IMG/VR virus record: IMGVR_UViG_3300032030_000023
Coordinates: 62,001-124,640 of that record
Length of the DNA: 62,640 bases
Source of the DNA: an uncultured virus (IMG/VR IMGVR_UViG_3300032030_000023)
Taxonomy: Duplodnaviria > Heunggongvirae > Uroviricota > Caudoviricetes
Direction: 5' to 3' (one strand)
This document shows, in pieces, positions 27,411-36,559 of the stretch. The position numbers and the translations under genes are program-made. The stretch's first letter is position 1. Each line of letters opens with the position of its first letter. The notes under the pieces are model-generated. The model did no database searches. It was given only the letters and a program-made list of their open reading frames with translations, and was not told the DNA's origin.

Positions 27411-29372
27411 CTACAATGTAATATCATACAACTGATTTACAAACTTTTTACCATTCTTTTCACTAATCAAAATATAACAACCCAATTTACTCTCATCTAA
27501 CTCCTTCAACTGAGCTGTATCTAATACCTTAACAAATTTTGAACAACTATTATAAACATACACAATCTCATGCTCTTTATCAGCTTTCTTATAACCAACC
27601 TTCTCTAAAGCTTCTAAATTAACTCTCTGCTTATCTACTAAATATACTAACTTTTTACCAGCATAAATACTGCCTAAATACTTTTGAATATAACTAAACC
27701 ACTCATAAGTACCAAATACATAATACAAATTAGCTTGATTAACTAACTTAACATTACCATCAGCTAATACAAAATAACTAAACACACCTACCAATTCATC
27801 TTTACGATAACATCCAATGAACTGTAACTGTGGATTAATCTCACTTGTAACAATATCAGCCTCAGAACTTAACTGCCTTAAAAACTCTAACGCTACAGCC
27901 TCTTTAATACTATCAAAACGTAACTTGTCATAAGACACCTTCACTGGAGCACTACACTTCCAATTCAGCTTAAACGCCAAACTATCCCAAGGCATTTCCA
28001 AAAGTTTAAACATACATCTATCTCCTTTTTTATCAAAACTATATAATACGTTATCACAAACTTTTCCATTTGTAAAGCGAAAAACATTATTTGTTGAAAA
28101 TTTTCTTATTTTACTTCTATCTAAATTTCTAGCTCTGAACATACTACATAGAGTTGGTATAGTAGTATTATATTTGTGTGCTAATTCAGCCCATGATAAT
28201 ACTTTTGAGTCTTCTAATATATTATCAAATTGAATACTTAAATAATAAGTACTTTTTCTACCTATTACCCAACCTTCTCCAGGATATTCATATACTAGTT
28301 GATCTGTTTTGCCATCAGTATACCAAGTTCTACCTTTCTTTGCTTTTGCTAAAGCTTGTTTATGTTCTTCTGTAAATTTTAAATGAGGTGAATGCTGTGT
28401 CATACCTTTACTAAAACCTTCAGGAGGAACTACATCTGGTTTAATAAAGATATTAACTTCATCATTAGTATACCAAATTTTTCCAGAAATTATACTTGCT
28501 ATCTTTTCTTTAAACTCTTTAGTCTGTGTAAAAGCATAAGTTTCTGGATTATAATTTTCTTTTTTAGCTTTTGAAATCTTCTCTCCAACAGTTAATCTAG
28601 ATTGTTTATACTTTTCAGAATTTTTTATTAATTCACCGTGTAATTTACACTTTTCTTCTGTCCAATACTTATGTCTATCATATTTATAATCAAGACCACG
28701 CGTTCTTAATGTATTCTGATAAGGATTAATAGATAAATTATATCCACCATGATCTATTCCAGCATTTTCAGACTTTATTAATTCATATTCTTTATTAAAT
28801 AACTTTTCTTCACTATAACACCAACAAAGTATTTCTCTTTTAAACTTTTCTTTACCATATAACTCTAAATCTTTCCAATAATCATCATTTTGAGAAGAAG
28901 ACCAATAATCTTCATTAAAATACGGTAATTGACATTGACCAACATAACTTCTATTATTCTCAAGGCATGTTATCTTATAAATATAACCAAACGGTAAATA
29001 ATCTCTCACTAATACATCACTATCTTCAAAGAAATCACAATACTCTATATATTCTTTTTTATATGTCAAAAACGGACAAACTATCTTAATATTATTAGCT
29101 TTTAAAATCTCATTACATACACGCTTTATACCAACTCTTCCTTTACTGTCAATAAACGCCTTCTGATAAATCCACTTCCAATACGGTTCTTCACCTTCAA
29201 CTAATATTACAGCATCTAACCTAACAATCTCATTTTCTATATCTTTTCCAGCTTTATATGACATAATAATAAGAGGATTACTATAACTTTTCAATAAACA
29301 AATGTCATCACCACTTATATACTTAACTATTTCTTCTAACTCAACTACTTTAGCATATGTACTATATTTCAT
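27411..29372 (-). CDS. composite Seg-like GIY-YIG homing endonuclease with NUMOD3-like repeats and Hef-like C-terminal region
   Basis: GYIYKITCLENNRSYVGQ, YGKEKFKREIL, GYNL; WYTND/WYTDG...GWVIGR repeats. Confidence 0.75.
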   Translation of the reverse strand: MKYSTYAKVVELEEIVKYISGDDICLLKSYSNPLIIMSYKAGKDIENEIVRLDAVILVEGEEPYWKWIYQKAFIDSKGRVGIKRVCNEILKANNIKIVCPFLTYKKEYIEYCDFFEDSDVLVRDYLPFGYIYKITCLENNRSYVGQCQLPYFNEDYWSSSQNDDYWKDLELYGKEKFKREILCWCYSEEKLFNKEYELIKSENAGIDHGGYNLSINPYQNTLRTRGLDYKYDRHKYWTEEKCKLHGELIKNSEKYKQSRLTVGEKISKAKKENYNPETYAFTQTKEFKEKIASIISGKIWYTNDEVNIFIKPDVVPPEGFSKGMTQHSPHLKFTEEHKQALAKAKKGRTWYTDGKTDQLVYEYPGEGWVIGRKSTYYLSIQFDNILEDSKVLSWAELAHKYNTTIPTLCSMFRARNLDRSKIRKFSTNNVFRFTNGKVCDNVLYSFDKKGDRCMFKLLEMPWDSLAFKLNWKCSAPVKVSYDKLRFDSIKEAVALEFLRQLSSEADIVTSEINPQLQFIGCYRKDELVGVFSYFVLADGNVKLVNQANLYYVFGTYEWFSYIQKYLGSIYAGKKLVYLVDKQRVNLEALEKVGYKKADKEHEIVYVYNSCSKFVKVLDTAQLKELDESKLGCYILISEKNGKKFVNQLYDITL

Positions 29373-29642
29373 TTTCTAACTCCTTTTTATACAAACTAAT
29401 ATACTATATAGAATTATATTTGTACATAACTTTTCAAAATTATTTTTCCAAAGCTAACTTGCCCTTATATTGATTGAATAGATACCTCTCATAACTTTTC
29501 AAATTAGGTGACTCACTTACTTATTATAATGAGTTTCAGGTTTTAGTGGAGTGAATGAAGATGTCACTTCACTCTGACCTTTGTATTTAACTGACTAAAA
29601 GATTTGATTATTAACAAATTAAAGGATACTTTGCAATAATAT

Positions 29643-29672
29643 AAAAAAGAACTCCTAGATATTTCTAGGAGT
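29643..29672 (-). terminator. intrinsic terminator of capsid gene
   Basis: ACTCCTAG...CTAGGAGT followed on minus strand by TCTTTTTT. Confidence 0.8.
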
Positions 29673-29709
29673 CCTCGAATATAATAATAGTACGTTACTA
29701 AGCTCAAAA

Positions 29710-31269
29710 TTAAGCATTGTTGAAGTTAGCAATGTATCCTTTGCATAAGTATTCGGATTTGTTAATAAACAAATCGTAGAATGACAAGCAACCACGATGG
29801 TTTTTCAAATTAGGTGCCTGGAATGTCGGCGTGAAGTACAACGGAATCCACTCCGCTAAAATTATAGATGAGTCACCTAATTGGAAGCCTTTGAAGCCAA
29901 ATACAACTTCGTCAGCAGCCAGTGTGTTGGTGTAAGGAACAGCGATAACACTGATTGTGCCTTCACGCAAAGTACCAGCCAAGTACGGACCAATTGGTTT
30001 CTTAGCTTCAGGAGCAGCTTTGAAGCCTTCGATGTTTTCGATGACTGTTAAGCCTTCTTTAGCTGAGCAGATGATGAAGTCTACAGTACCACGACCAGCA
30101 ACTTCTTGGATCAAGCCGCGAGCTGTTGAGATAGTCGTTGTATAAGAGCTATATCTCTGTTGCAGTGTCAAGTTAGCACCATTAGCAGCACAGTCGAATG
30201 TCAAGTCTGCATAAGGAGTAGCAGCAGCAGAAACAGCACGAACTAATGTTAAGTCACGTTCCCAACGAATTGTACCAGCCATTTGGTTAGAGATCAATTC
30301 GTCAGTATCGATAGCTAAGTGAGCGTTCATAACCAAACCAGCAGCAACACTGTAAGAAGACATCAACGGATGTTCTTTAGCGAGAATCGGTTGGTTAGGA
30401 ATATCGAACTGAATTTTACGAATCAAGTCAACGTCAGTTTCAGTATCAACAGCACCTTCAAAGCTCATAACAGCTTTAGCGGCGATAGCTTCAGCATACA
30501 GAGCAGCATCCAATTTGATTGTAGCTTCACCTGTTTGAGCATTAACTGTACCAGCAACACCACGACCGATGATGTTGTATTCACCTTCGTTAACACCGTC
30601 TAATTTAGCAGAACCGTTACCGTAGTCACGGGCAATTTCTTTACCAGCCAAACGAACGATGAAAGAACCTGCACGCAATTTAACTGTAGCGTCATCCGGG
30701 AAAGCAGAAGACGGAGTAGCAGTAACTTCAGCAGCAGCTTCAGCGTTATCGTAACCAATGAATTCAGAAGAATATGTACCATCAGTAGCTTGTTCGAATA
30801 CGATATCACCAGCTTCAACACCAGCAGCACTCTGAGAATAACGTGTTTTGATGATGAAGATTTGACCAGACTGACGATCTAAAGCCTGGATATCGGCAAT
30901 GTAATTCGCAACCATCTGCGGATAAAAGATGTTGACGATATCTACGACTTTAGGAGTCAATGATGTAACGCCAGGAGACAAGAGAGAAACAGCGTTAGTG
31001 TTTCCACCGTCCAGACCAGCTTCCATCAAGTTGATGCCTTGTTCGTGTTGAACGTATTCAGCTGTGTTTTCGAGTAATTGAACCATTGTAGCAGCTTGGT
31101 ATTGAGCGTCTTTGTTTTCAGACTCGATACCTTTAATCAAGTTCGGGCAGCGTGCACCCAGTGTAGATTCAGCCAAAACTTTAGCAGCGTGTTTAATGCC
31201 GTTGTTAACTTTAGCTGTACGAGCTTTAGCAACAGTTTCGTTAGCATTTACTTGAGCGAATAAACTCAT
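29710..31269 (-). CDS. major capsid protein (T4 gp23-like, jumbo phage)
   Basis: 519 aa; IQFDIPNQPILAKEHPLMSSYS...AHLAIDTDELIS and AEWIPL match gp23 pattern; strongly biased, higher-GC codon usage. Confidence 0.85.
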   Translation of the reverse strand: MSLFAQVNANETVAKARTAKVNNGIKHAAKVLAESTLGARCPNLIKGIESENKDAQYQAATMVQLLENTAEYVQHEQGINLMEAGLDGGNTNAVSLLSPGVTSLTPKVVDIVNIFYPQMVANYIADIQALDRQSGQIFIIKTRYSQSAAGVEAGDIVFEQATDGTYSSEFIGYDNAEAAAEVTATPSSAFPDDATVKLRAGSFIVRLAGKEIARDYGNGSAKLDGVNEGEYNIIGRGVAGTVNAQTGEATIKLDAALYAEAIAAKAVMSFEGAVDTETDVDLIRKIQFDIPNQPILAKEHPLMSSYSVAAGLVMNAHLAIDTDELISNQMAGTIRWERDLTLVRAVSAAATPYADLTFDCAANGANLTLQQRYSSYTTTISTARGLIQEVAGRGTVDFIICSAKEGLTVIENIEGFKAAPEAKKPIGPYLAGTLREGTISVIAVPYTNTLAADEVVFGFKGFQLGDSSIILAEWIPLYFTPTFQAPNLKNHRGCLSFYDLFINKSEYLCKGYIANFNNA

Positions 31270-31629
31270 AATTTAATTTCCTTATAATAGATGAGATAGA
31301 TTGTTTTAAGTTTTTTCCTATAAAATGTTGAGTTAATATCTATCTCTATAATTTGTTTTGTAACATCTGTTGAAAGGATAGCAGATGTAAATGTATAAAG
31401 AATGTTCGTTATTGTATAATTTCTTAGGTATTTTATTTATTTCGATACATATAAAGATAGGTAGACTGACGTGTATTTTACCGTTCTGTACTTAAGATTT
31501 TGTATGTATTTTTGTGGAAATTTAATAAAATATAAAGAGTAGTGACAATAATATACTCTATAATCCAGAATAGTAGGAGGTGGAATCTCTTTGAAGTAAG
31601 ATAATATGTTAGGAGATTCCATAATTATT

Positions 31630-31639
31630 GTATAGAACT
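31630..31639 (-). promoter_or_regulatory. putative late-promoter motif AGTTCTAT upstream of capsid gene
   Basis: same motif upstream of other minus-strand/virion-type genes. Confidence 0.4.
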
Positions 31640-31740
31640 GTATGCTGTATAAAGAGTATAGTATTTGTGAATTAATTATTTGAATTATTTTTCCGATTGT
31701 CTTGTTTTATCTTTATTTTTCAATTAGTTAAGATATGTTA

Positions 31741-31778
31741 AATTTTGCTTTACTTTTAATAAATTTTATGTTAATAAT
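31741..31778 (+). promoter_or_regulatory. repeated early-type promoter
   Basis: AATTTTGCTTTACTT...TG-n-TAATAAT. Confidence 0.65.
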
Positions 31779-31809
31779 AGTACATTAAGTCAATTTTAAG
31801 GAGATTAAG

Positions 31810-32025
31810 ATGACAATTAAACATACTTCAGCCGATATAACAAAGTCATGGTTACAAGAGTGGATTTGTAATAAGTCAGTAAATAATACAAAGAAATGGT
31901 TAAAAGAATGGATAGATGCACGTTCTTCTAATACTACTAAAATATGGTTAAGAAATTGGGTAACTAATAAGTCAAAGAATAGAACTAAAAGCTGGATTAA
32001 TTGTTGGATTAGACATAAATCTTAG
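31810..32025 (+). CDS. Trp-rich 16-aa tandem-repeat protein
   Basis: four TKxW[LI]xxW[IV]xx[KR]S units; AAGGAG RBS. Confidence 0.7.
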   Translation: MTIKHTSADITKSWLQEWICNKSVNNTKKWLKEWIDARSSNTTKIWLRNWVTNKSKNRTKSWINCWIRHKS

Positions 32026-32050
32026 TTATCTTTATATTAAGAAGATTATT

Positions 32051-32608
32051 TTAGCCTTTATATCCATTGGCAAACATAGCTTTTCTTTGATTATCCGCTT
32101 CTTTTTTAGTTTTGAATTTACCGTGAGTACCTTCTTTACCTTTGTTTGTCCATGAATTACCTTGTTTAACAGTATCTTCATCTAGATCTATATCATTTTT
32201 TAGAGTTTCATATTTAGAATATAGTATATCTTTGATTGCTTTTAGATTACCATTATTATTTGTATTTATGTTATATTTATTATCGTCTTTTTGTATATAA
32301 AATTCGTGATATATTTTAACTGGAAAAGTTTGTGCATTATTTTTTATTATAATAGTATGAACTTGTGGATGAATTGCTTTACCACCATCCCAAATAAATA
32401 TATCATTATTTATAATTAAGCCTCTTATTTCTTTATATTGTGTATTATTTAAAAAGTTTATTAATTCTTCTTGATTTGGATTTTTAATTATAATTAATGG
32501 TTTTATTTCATCTACATTATTTAAATAATCTTTAATTATAGTTGCTTCATAAAGAGAAAGTCCTACTCTATTTAATTCTGCTTCTACTATTTTTCTAAAT
32601 CGTAACAT
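32051..32608 (-). CDS. putative internal head protein (modular)
   Basis: leader MLRFRKIVEAELNRVGLSLYEA; module shared with 32618 gene. Confidence 0.6.
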   Translation of the reverse strand: MLRFRKIVEAELNRVGLSLYEATIIKDYLNNVDEIKPLIIIKNPNQEELINFLNNTQYKEIRGLIINNDIFIWDGGKAIHPQVHTIIIKNNAQTFPVKIYHEFYIQKDDNKYNINTNNNGNLKAIKDILYSKYETLKNDIDLDEDTVKQGNSWTNKGKEGTHGKFKTKKEADNQRKAMFANGYKG

Positions 32609-32617
32609 GTATTATCC

Positions 32618-33700
32618 TTAAATATTTTTTAATTCTATCGGAACAGTAGATATTTCATATATTTTATTCAATTCTTTTTCTATTTGTTTTTTAGAATAAT
32701 ATTTTTTATCTTCATTTATATCTTTTTCTATTTTTTCTTTATTTAAGATAATTTTAATTAAATAGTTATGTAAATTTTTTAATTCACCGCCATTACTATA
32801 ATTACCTTCATTATCTTCGTTATTATACAATTCATTTATCCAATTTAAATAATTATTTATACTTAAAGGATATTCTGGATAATGTTTTTTATAATAATAT
32901 CTTTTATTTGTTTGAATTATACTTTCATGATTATTTGGTTCATATGGATATTGAAAAGGTAAGATTTTAAAATTTTCTGAAAGTTTATCTCCGTCTAAAA
33001 CTAATATAGCTGGTCTAGAATATATACCTGTTGTATAATCATTTTTTAATTGTCGACTAGTACTTATACCGATATCTCTATTATGCCAAAGTGAATCCGT
33101 TTCTAATATTTTAATTAAATCTGACAATGAAGCTACTCCGTGATAAAGTAAACCTACTTGTTTAGCTTCTTTTAAAGTATTTTCATCTAAATCTTCTAAT
33201 TCCCAGTCTTGATGCGGAGATATATTATATATTTCATTTTCACCGAAAGTATGCAAAAAATGTTTGTTATTTAATAAAATTTTTTTAAGTAAGTCTATAT
33301 CTCTTATATTATTATCATTTCCTTTTTGAATATATCCTGCTTCTAATTTACCATTATATACAAAATCACCAATATAAGAATTACTATCTATATGTATTCT
33401 TTCTTTTAATAAATTTAACATTTCTGTATGTATACAAAAATAAGCATCCCATACATAAAAATCATTATCAATAGCTAATCCTCTTAATTCTTTTTCTTCA
33501 CAATTTTGTAAAATATTATCAATTTCAATACTTGATGGATTTTTATATACATATAGATATCTTAAACCAGTATCAACAGCATCAAAATAAAGCAAGGTAT
33601 TAGCTAATTCATCAATAGAAAATTTAATAGTAGAAGATTCATAAAGTGAAAATCCTATTTTATTTAATTCTGATTCTACTATTTCACGCCATTTAGACAT
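32618..33700 (-). CDS. putative internal head protein with ART-like C-terminal module
   Basis: leader MSKWREIVESELNKIGFSLYES; LYHG...ISTSR...LDGDKLS. Confidence 0.6.
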   Translation of the reverse strand: MSKWREIVESELNKIGFSLYESSTIKFSIDELANTLLYFDAVDTGLRYLYVYKNPSSIEIDNILQNCEEKELRGLAIDNDFYVWDAYFCIHTEMLNLLKERIHIDSNSYIGDFVYNGKLEAGYIQKGNDNNIRDIDLLKKILLNNKHFLHTFGENEIYNISPHQDWELEDLDENTLKEAKQVGLLYHGVASLSDLIKILETDSLWHNRDIGISTSRQLKNDYTTGIYSRPAILVLDGDKLSENFKILPFQYPYEPNNHESIIQTNKRYYYKKHYPEYPLSINNYLNWINELYNNEDNEGNYSNGGELKNLHNYLIKIILNKEKIEKDINEDKKYYSKKQIEKELNKIYEISTVPIELKNI

Positions 33701-33729
33701 TAATATATACTCTAATGAAATAAAAATAA

Positions 33730-34116
33730 TTATTTATTTTGAGGATTATCTTTATTAGCTATATCCCATGTCATAAGATCATCTTTATTGAAACCGTCTA
33801 CAAACCCTTTACCAACATATTTATTATTATTTGGCCTTTTGTCACAAAATTCATTAAATAAATAATATCTCAAATCTTCTAGTTTATCAAGGGCTTTTTG
33901 TAATTTTTTATTACCTTTATATTTATTCCAAGCAAGGTGTTGTAAATCATTTTCTGCTTTTTCCAATATATTATCTATTTTTACTAAACCATCATCATAA
34001 AAATCTACTTCATAATTATCCATATCATAATCTATAGCTTGAGTTACTGAAGGATTACCGATATCTTCTTCTAATTTTTGACAAGCTTCTTTAAAAATTC
34101 TAATATATTTATTCAT
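33730..34116 (-). CDS. putative internal head protein
   Basis: leader MNKYIRIFKEACQKLEED. Confidence 0.55.
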   Translation of the reverse strand: MNKYIRIFKEACQKLEEDIGNPSVTQAIDYDMDNYEVDFYDDGLVKIDNILEKAENDLQHLAWNKYKGNKKLQKALDKLEDLRYYLFNEFCDKRPNNNKYVGKGFVDGFNKDDLMTWDIANKDNPQNK

Positions 34117-34150
34117 TTTGGATTTCCTTAAGATTTAGAAGAATTAAACA

Positions 34151-34164
34151 TAACTAATAGAACT
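34151..34164 (-). promoter_or_regulatory. putative late promoter AGTTCTATTAGTTA
   Basis: identical 14-mer at 35081-35094. Confidence 0.6.
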
Positions 34165-34172
34165 ATTTATTT

Positions 34173-35057
34173 TTATTTAATTCTTCTACTTTTGTATTCA
34201 ACTGTTTTAATTTCAGGTAATTGATCTATCTGATTATTTTTTAAAACAGCTTTGTGACCTTTTTCATCTCTTAGATATACTGGTAAATTTGGATACATAC
34301 CTTTAAACATCTTTATATTTTTATTTATTTCTTGAATAACACTATTTAGTTTTTTATTATCAAGATAACTTTTTATATCATTTTCTGACGGATAACGAAC
34401 TATTAAGCCAATTAAATATTTATTTAAATTATTAATAAACAATGGTTCAATTAAATCATCAGAATATTCATCAGGAAATATAAACATATCCTTAATTAAA
34501 TTATTAAATTTATTAAATTCAATCAAATGATCTAAATTTGATGAATCAAAATGTTTTTTAAAAAATTGTTTACGAGCTTTATTTATTGCATTATCTATAT
34601 TTTTAAAAGGAATTTTTAGTTCACCTGTTTTATCATCTACATAACCGCCTAGTTCTTGTGAATCTACATATTTAAATAGTTCTTCTTTGGATATTTTGAA
34701 TTTTTCTAATATTTTTTTTAATTCTTTTGAAAAAGTGTGTTTTTCTTGATGAGGCGGTATAACTTTAAACTCATCTGCGCTATTCATAAATCTATATATT
34801 TTATAGTTATCTGATAATTTATCACCATCTAATATTAATGTATAATAACTAAAATGATGCCAACCTTTATCGTTAAACCACCCTTCATGCTTATCAAAAG
34901 ATATACCACTACTAGTTTTAGCTTTTAAACAATTACTTTTAAGTATTTCTTGTATATTCGATGTATTATGATATAAAGGGCCTACTTGTTTAGCTTCTTC
35001 TAGCGTATATCCAAATTCTTTTAAAACTGATTCTACTATTTTTTTGAATTCCGACAT
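34173..35057 (-). CDS. putative internal head protein with ART-like module
   Basis: leader MSEFKKIVESVLKEFGYTLEEA; LYHNT...ISF...LDGDKLS. Confidence 0.6.
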   Translation of the reverse strand: MSEFKKIVESVLKEFGYTLEEAKQVGPLYHNTSNIQEILKSNCLKAKTSSGISFDKHEGWFNDKGWHHFSYYTLILDGDKLSDNYKIYRFMNSADEFKVIPPHQEKHTFSKELKKILEKFKISKEELFKYVDSQELGGYVDDKTGELKIPFKNIDNAINKARKQFFKKHFDSSNLDHLIEFNKFNNLIKDMFIFPDEYSDDLIEPLFINNLNKYLIGLIVRYPSENDIKSYLDNKKLNSVIQEINKNIKMFKGMYPNLPVYLRDEKGHKAVLKNNQIDQLPEIKTVEYKSRRIK

Positions 35058-35080
35058 TAAAATTTCCCTAATTGCTTAAT

Positions 35081-35094
35081 TAACTAATAGAACT
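35081..35094 (-). promoter_or_regulatory. putative late promoter AGTTCTATTAGTTA
   Basis: identical 14-mer at 34151-34164. Confidence 0.6.
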
Positions 35095-35119
35095 ACTATA
35101 GTTTTGTAATTATTTATAA

Positions 35120-35130
35120 AGTTCTAAATA
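35120..35130 (+). promoter_or_regulatory. putative late promoter AGTTCTAAATA
   Basis: divergent copy upstream of the 35161 gene. Confidence 0.5.
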
Positions 35131-35160
35131 AAAGTGTCTTATTTTTTTAGGAATAGTCTT

Positions 35161-35550
35161 ATGAATAAGTATATTCAGTATTTTAGAGAAGCAGTTGAAG
35201 AGTTAGAAGAAGGTGATATTATCTCTTTTAATAGAAAGTTAGATAATCATCATTTTAAAATGGACTTAGATAAGTTACGTCAGTTAGGTGTAAGTTATCA
35301 TTTATCTAGATTCTTAAATAGAGTTAATACTACTAAATATATGTCATTACTAGAAAAAGAAGCTTATGATGATCGTAATTTAAGATTATTTTTAAATGAA
35401 GTTATGGAAAATATAAGAAAAGATGAAGCTTTGTCTTATGATTTTGATTTAGTTAAAGAAAGATATGCTGGAAGTGATATTAAAGATTATTTGTTTTTAG
35501 GGAAGTTATTATCACTTATTAAAGGTTTTGAAGTATCTTTGGCTGCGTAA
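35161..35550 (+). CDS. putative internal head protein
   Basis: leader MNKYIQYFREAVEELEEG, similar to that of the 33730 gene. Confidence 0.55.
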   Translation: MNKYIQYFREAVEELEEGDIISFNRKLDNHHFKMDLDKLRQLGVSYHLSRFLNRVNTTKYMSLLEKEAYDDRNLRLFLNEVMENIRKDEALSYDFDLVKERYAGSDIKDYLFLGKLLSLIKGFEVSLAA

Positions 35551-35578
35551 TATTTAATTGTTCTTATCTATATTTTTT

Positions 35579-35617
35579 AATTTTTGGTTTTACATTTAAC
35601 ATTTTTAAATTTATATT
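35579..35617 (+). promoter_or_regulatory. repeated early-type promoter
   Basis: 28 nt identical to the copy at 47938. Confidence 0.8.
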
Positions 35618-35640
35618 ATTTTTATTGAAAGGATAATGTA

Positions 35641-35964
35641 ATGTTAGATGATACTCTTAAACTAAAAATTAAAAATAAAATAGTACAGTTATTTTCTTTA
35701 GATGATACTGTTGAAGTAGATATTTTTTCTCATTTAAATAAACGTTATTTTAACACATATTGGATTACTTTTGTTAAAGATGGTAAGCTAGTAAATTCTT
35801 CTATTATTTTTGACAAAGCTAAAGATATTATTGATAAGGTAAATGGTTTATGTCTTATTCATTATGAAGATAAAAGTCAATTTGATATTTTTGGTATTTA
35901 TGCAGATAAAATTGAAGATTTTTTAAATCAAGATATTACAGAATTAACTATAAAATTGTTTTAG
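35641..35964 (+). CDS. hypothetical protein
   Basis: GAAAGGA RBS. Confidence 0.7.
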   Translation: MLDDTLKLKIKNKIVQLFSLDDTVEVDIFSHLNKRYFNTYWITFVKDGKLVNSSIIFDKAKDIIDKVNGLCLIHYEDKSQFDIFGIYADKIEDFLNQDITELTIKLF

Positions 35965-35973
35965 GATTATAAA

Positions 35974-36558
35974 ATGCAAACTAGAAAATCAAAAGGATTA
36001 CAAGTAGATCATACTAATGAAATGGTAGGTAAATATTATATTGATGCTTTTGTAGGATTTGATAGTCATAGAGTAGCTGTCTATAAAGCTCATTGTGTAG
36101 ATTGTGGTAAAGTGATAATTGGGCGTTATCAAAGAATTAAAAATAATAGATTTTGTAATTGTGACCTTATAAAAATTAATAGTGAAAATCGATTTAATAG
36201 AGTACGCAATAGGATAGTTAAAGGTTATAAAGTACTTGATTATTATATGTCTCATAATGCATTACATTATATATTAGAATGTGTTAATTGTCATAAGAAA
36301 AATTATATTATAGCTTCTCAATTAAAGACTGTTAAAAGATGTACATGTCAGCATTGTGATACAGGAAGATTAAAAGGTAAACATGATGGTGAAATCATAG
36401 GTGATTTTATTTTAGAAGATACAGGTGAGACATTAAAAAACAATAGAAATAGAAAGTATAAAGCTGTTTGTATGTATTGTGGAGATATTAAGTTTGGACA
36501 ATATGGTGATTTAATAAAAAGATGTAGTTGTAAACATAAAAAGTATGGAAATAATTAA
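35974..36558 (+). CDS. Cys-rich zinc-ribbon repeat protein
   Basis: three C-x2-C ... C-x-C units. Confidence 0.7.
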   Translation: MQTRKSKGLQVDHTNEMVGKYYIDAFVGFDSHRVAVYKAHCVDCGKVIIGRYQRIKNNRFCNCDLIKINSENRFNRVRNRIVKGYKVLDYYMSHNALHYILECVNCHKKNYIIASQLKTVKRCTCQHCDTGRLKGKHDGEIIGDFILEDTGETLKNNRNRKYKAVCMYCGDIKFGQYGDLIKRCSCKHKKYGNN

Positions 36559-36559
36559 T

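Noticed and set aside
29957..31263. + strand ORFs inside the capsid gene (29957, 30319, 31078) and alternate-frame ORF 30600
   Set aside because: Shadow ORFs caused by biased codon usage; no RBS
31437..31622. 61-aa minus-strand ORF upstream of the capsid gene
   Set aside because: No RBS and it overlaps hairpins; more likely leader sequence, though not excluded
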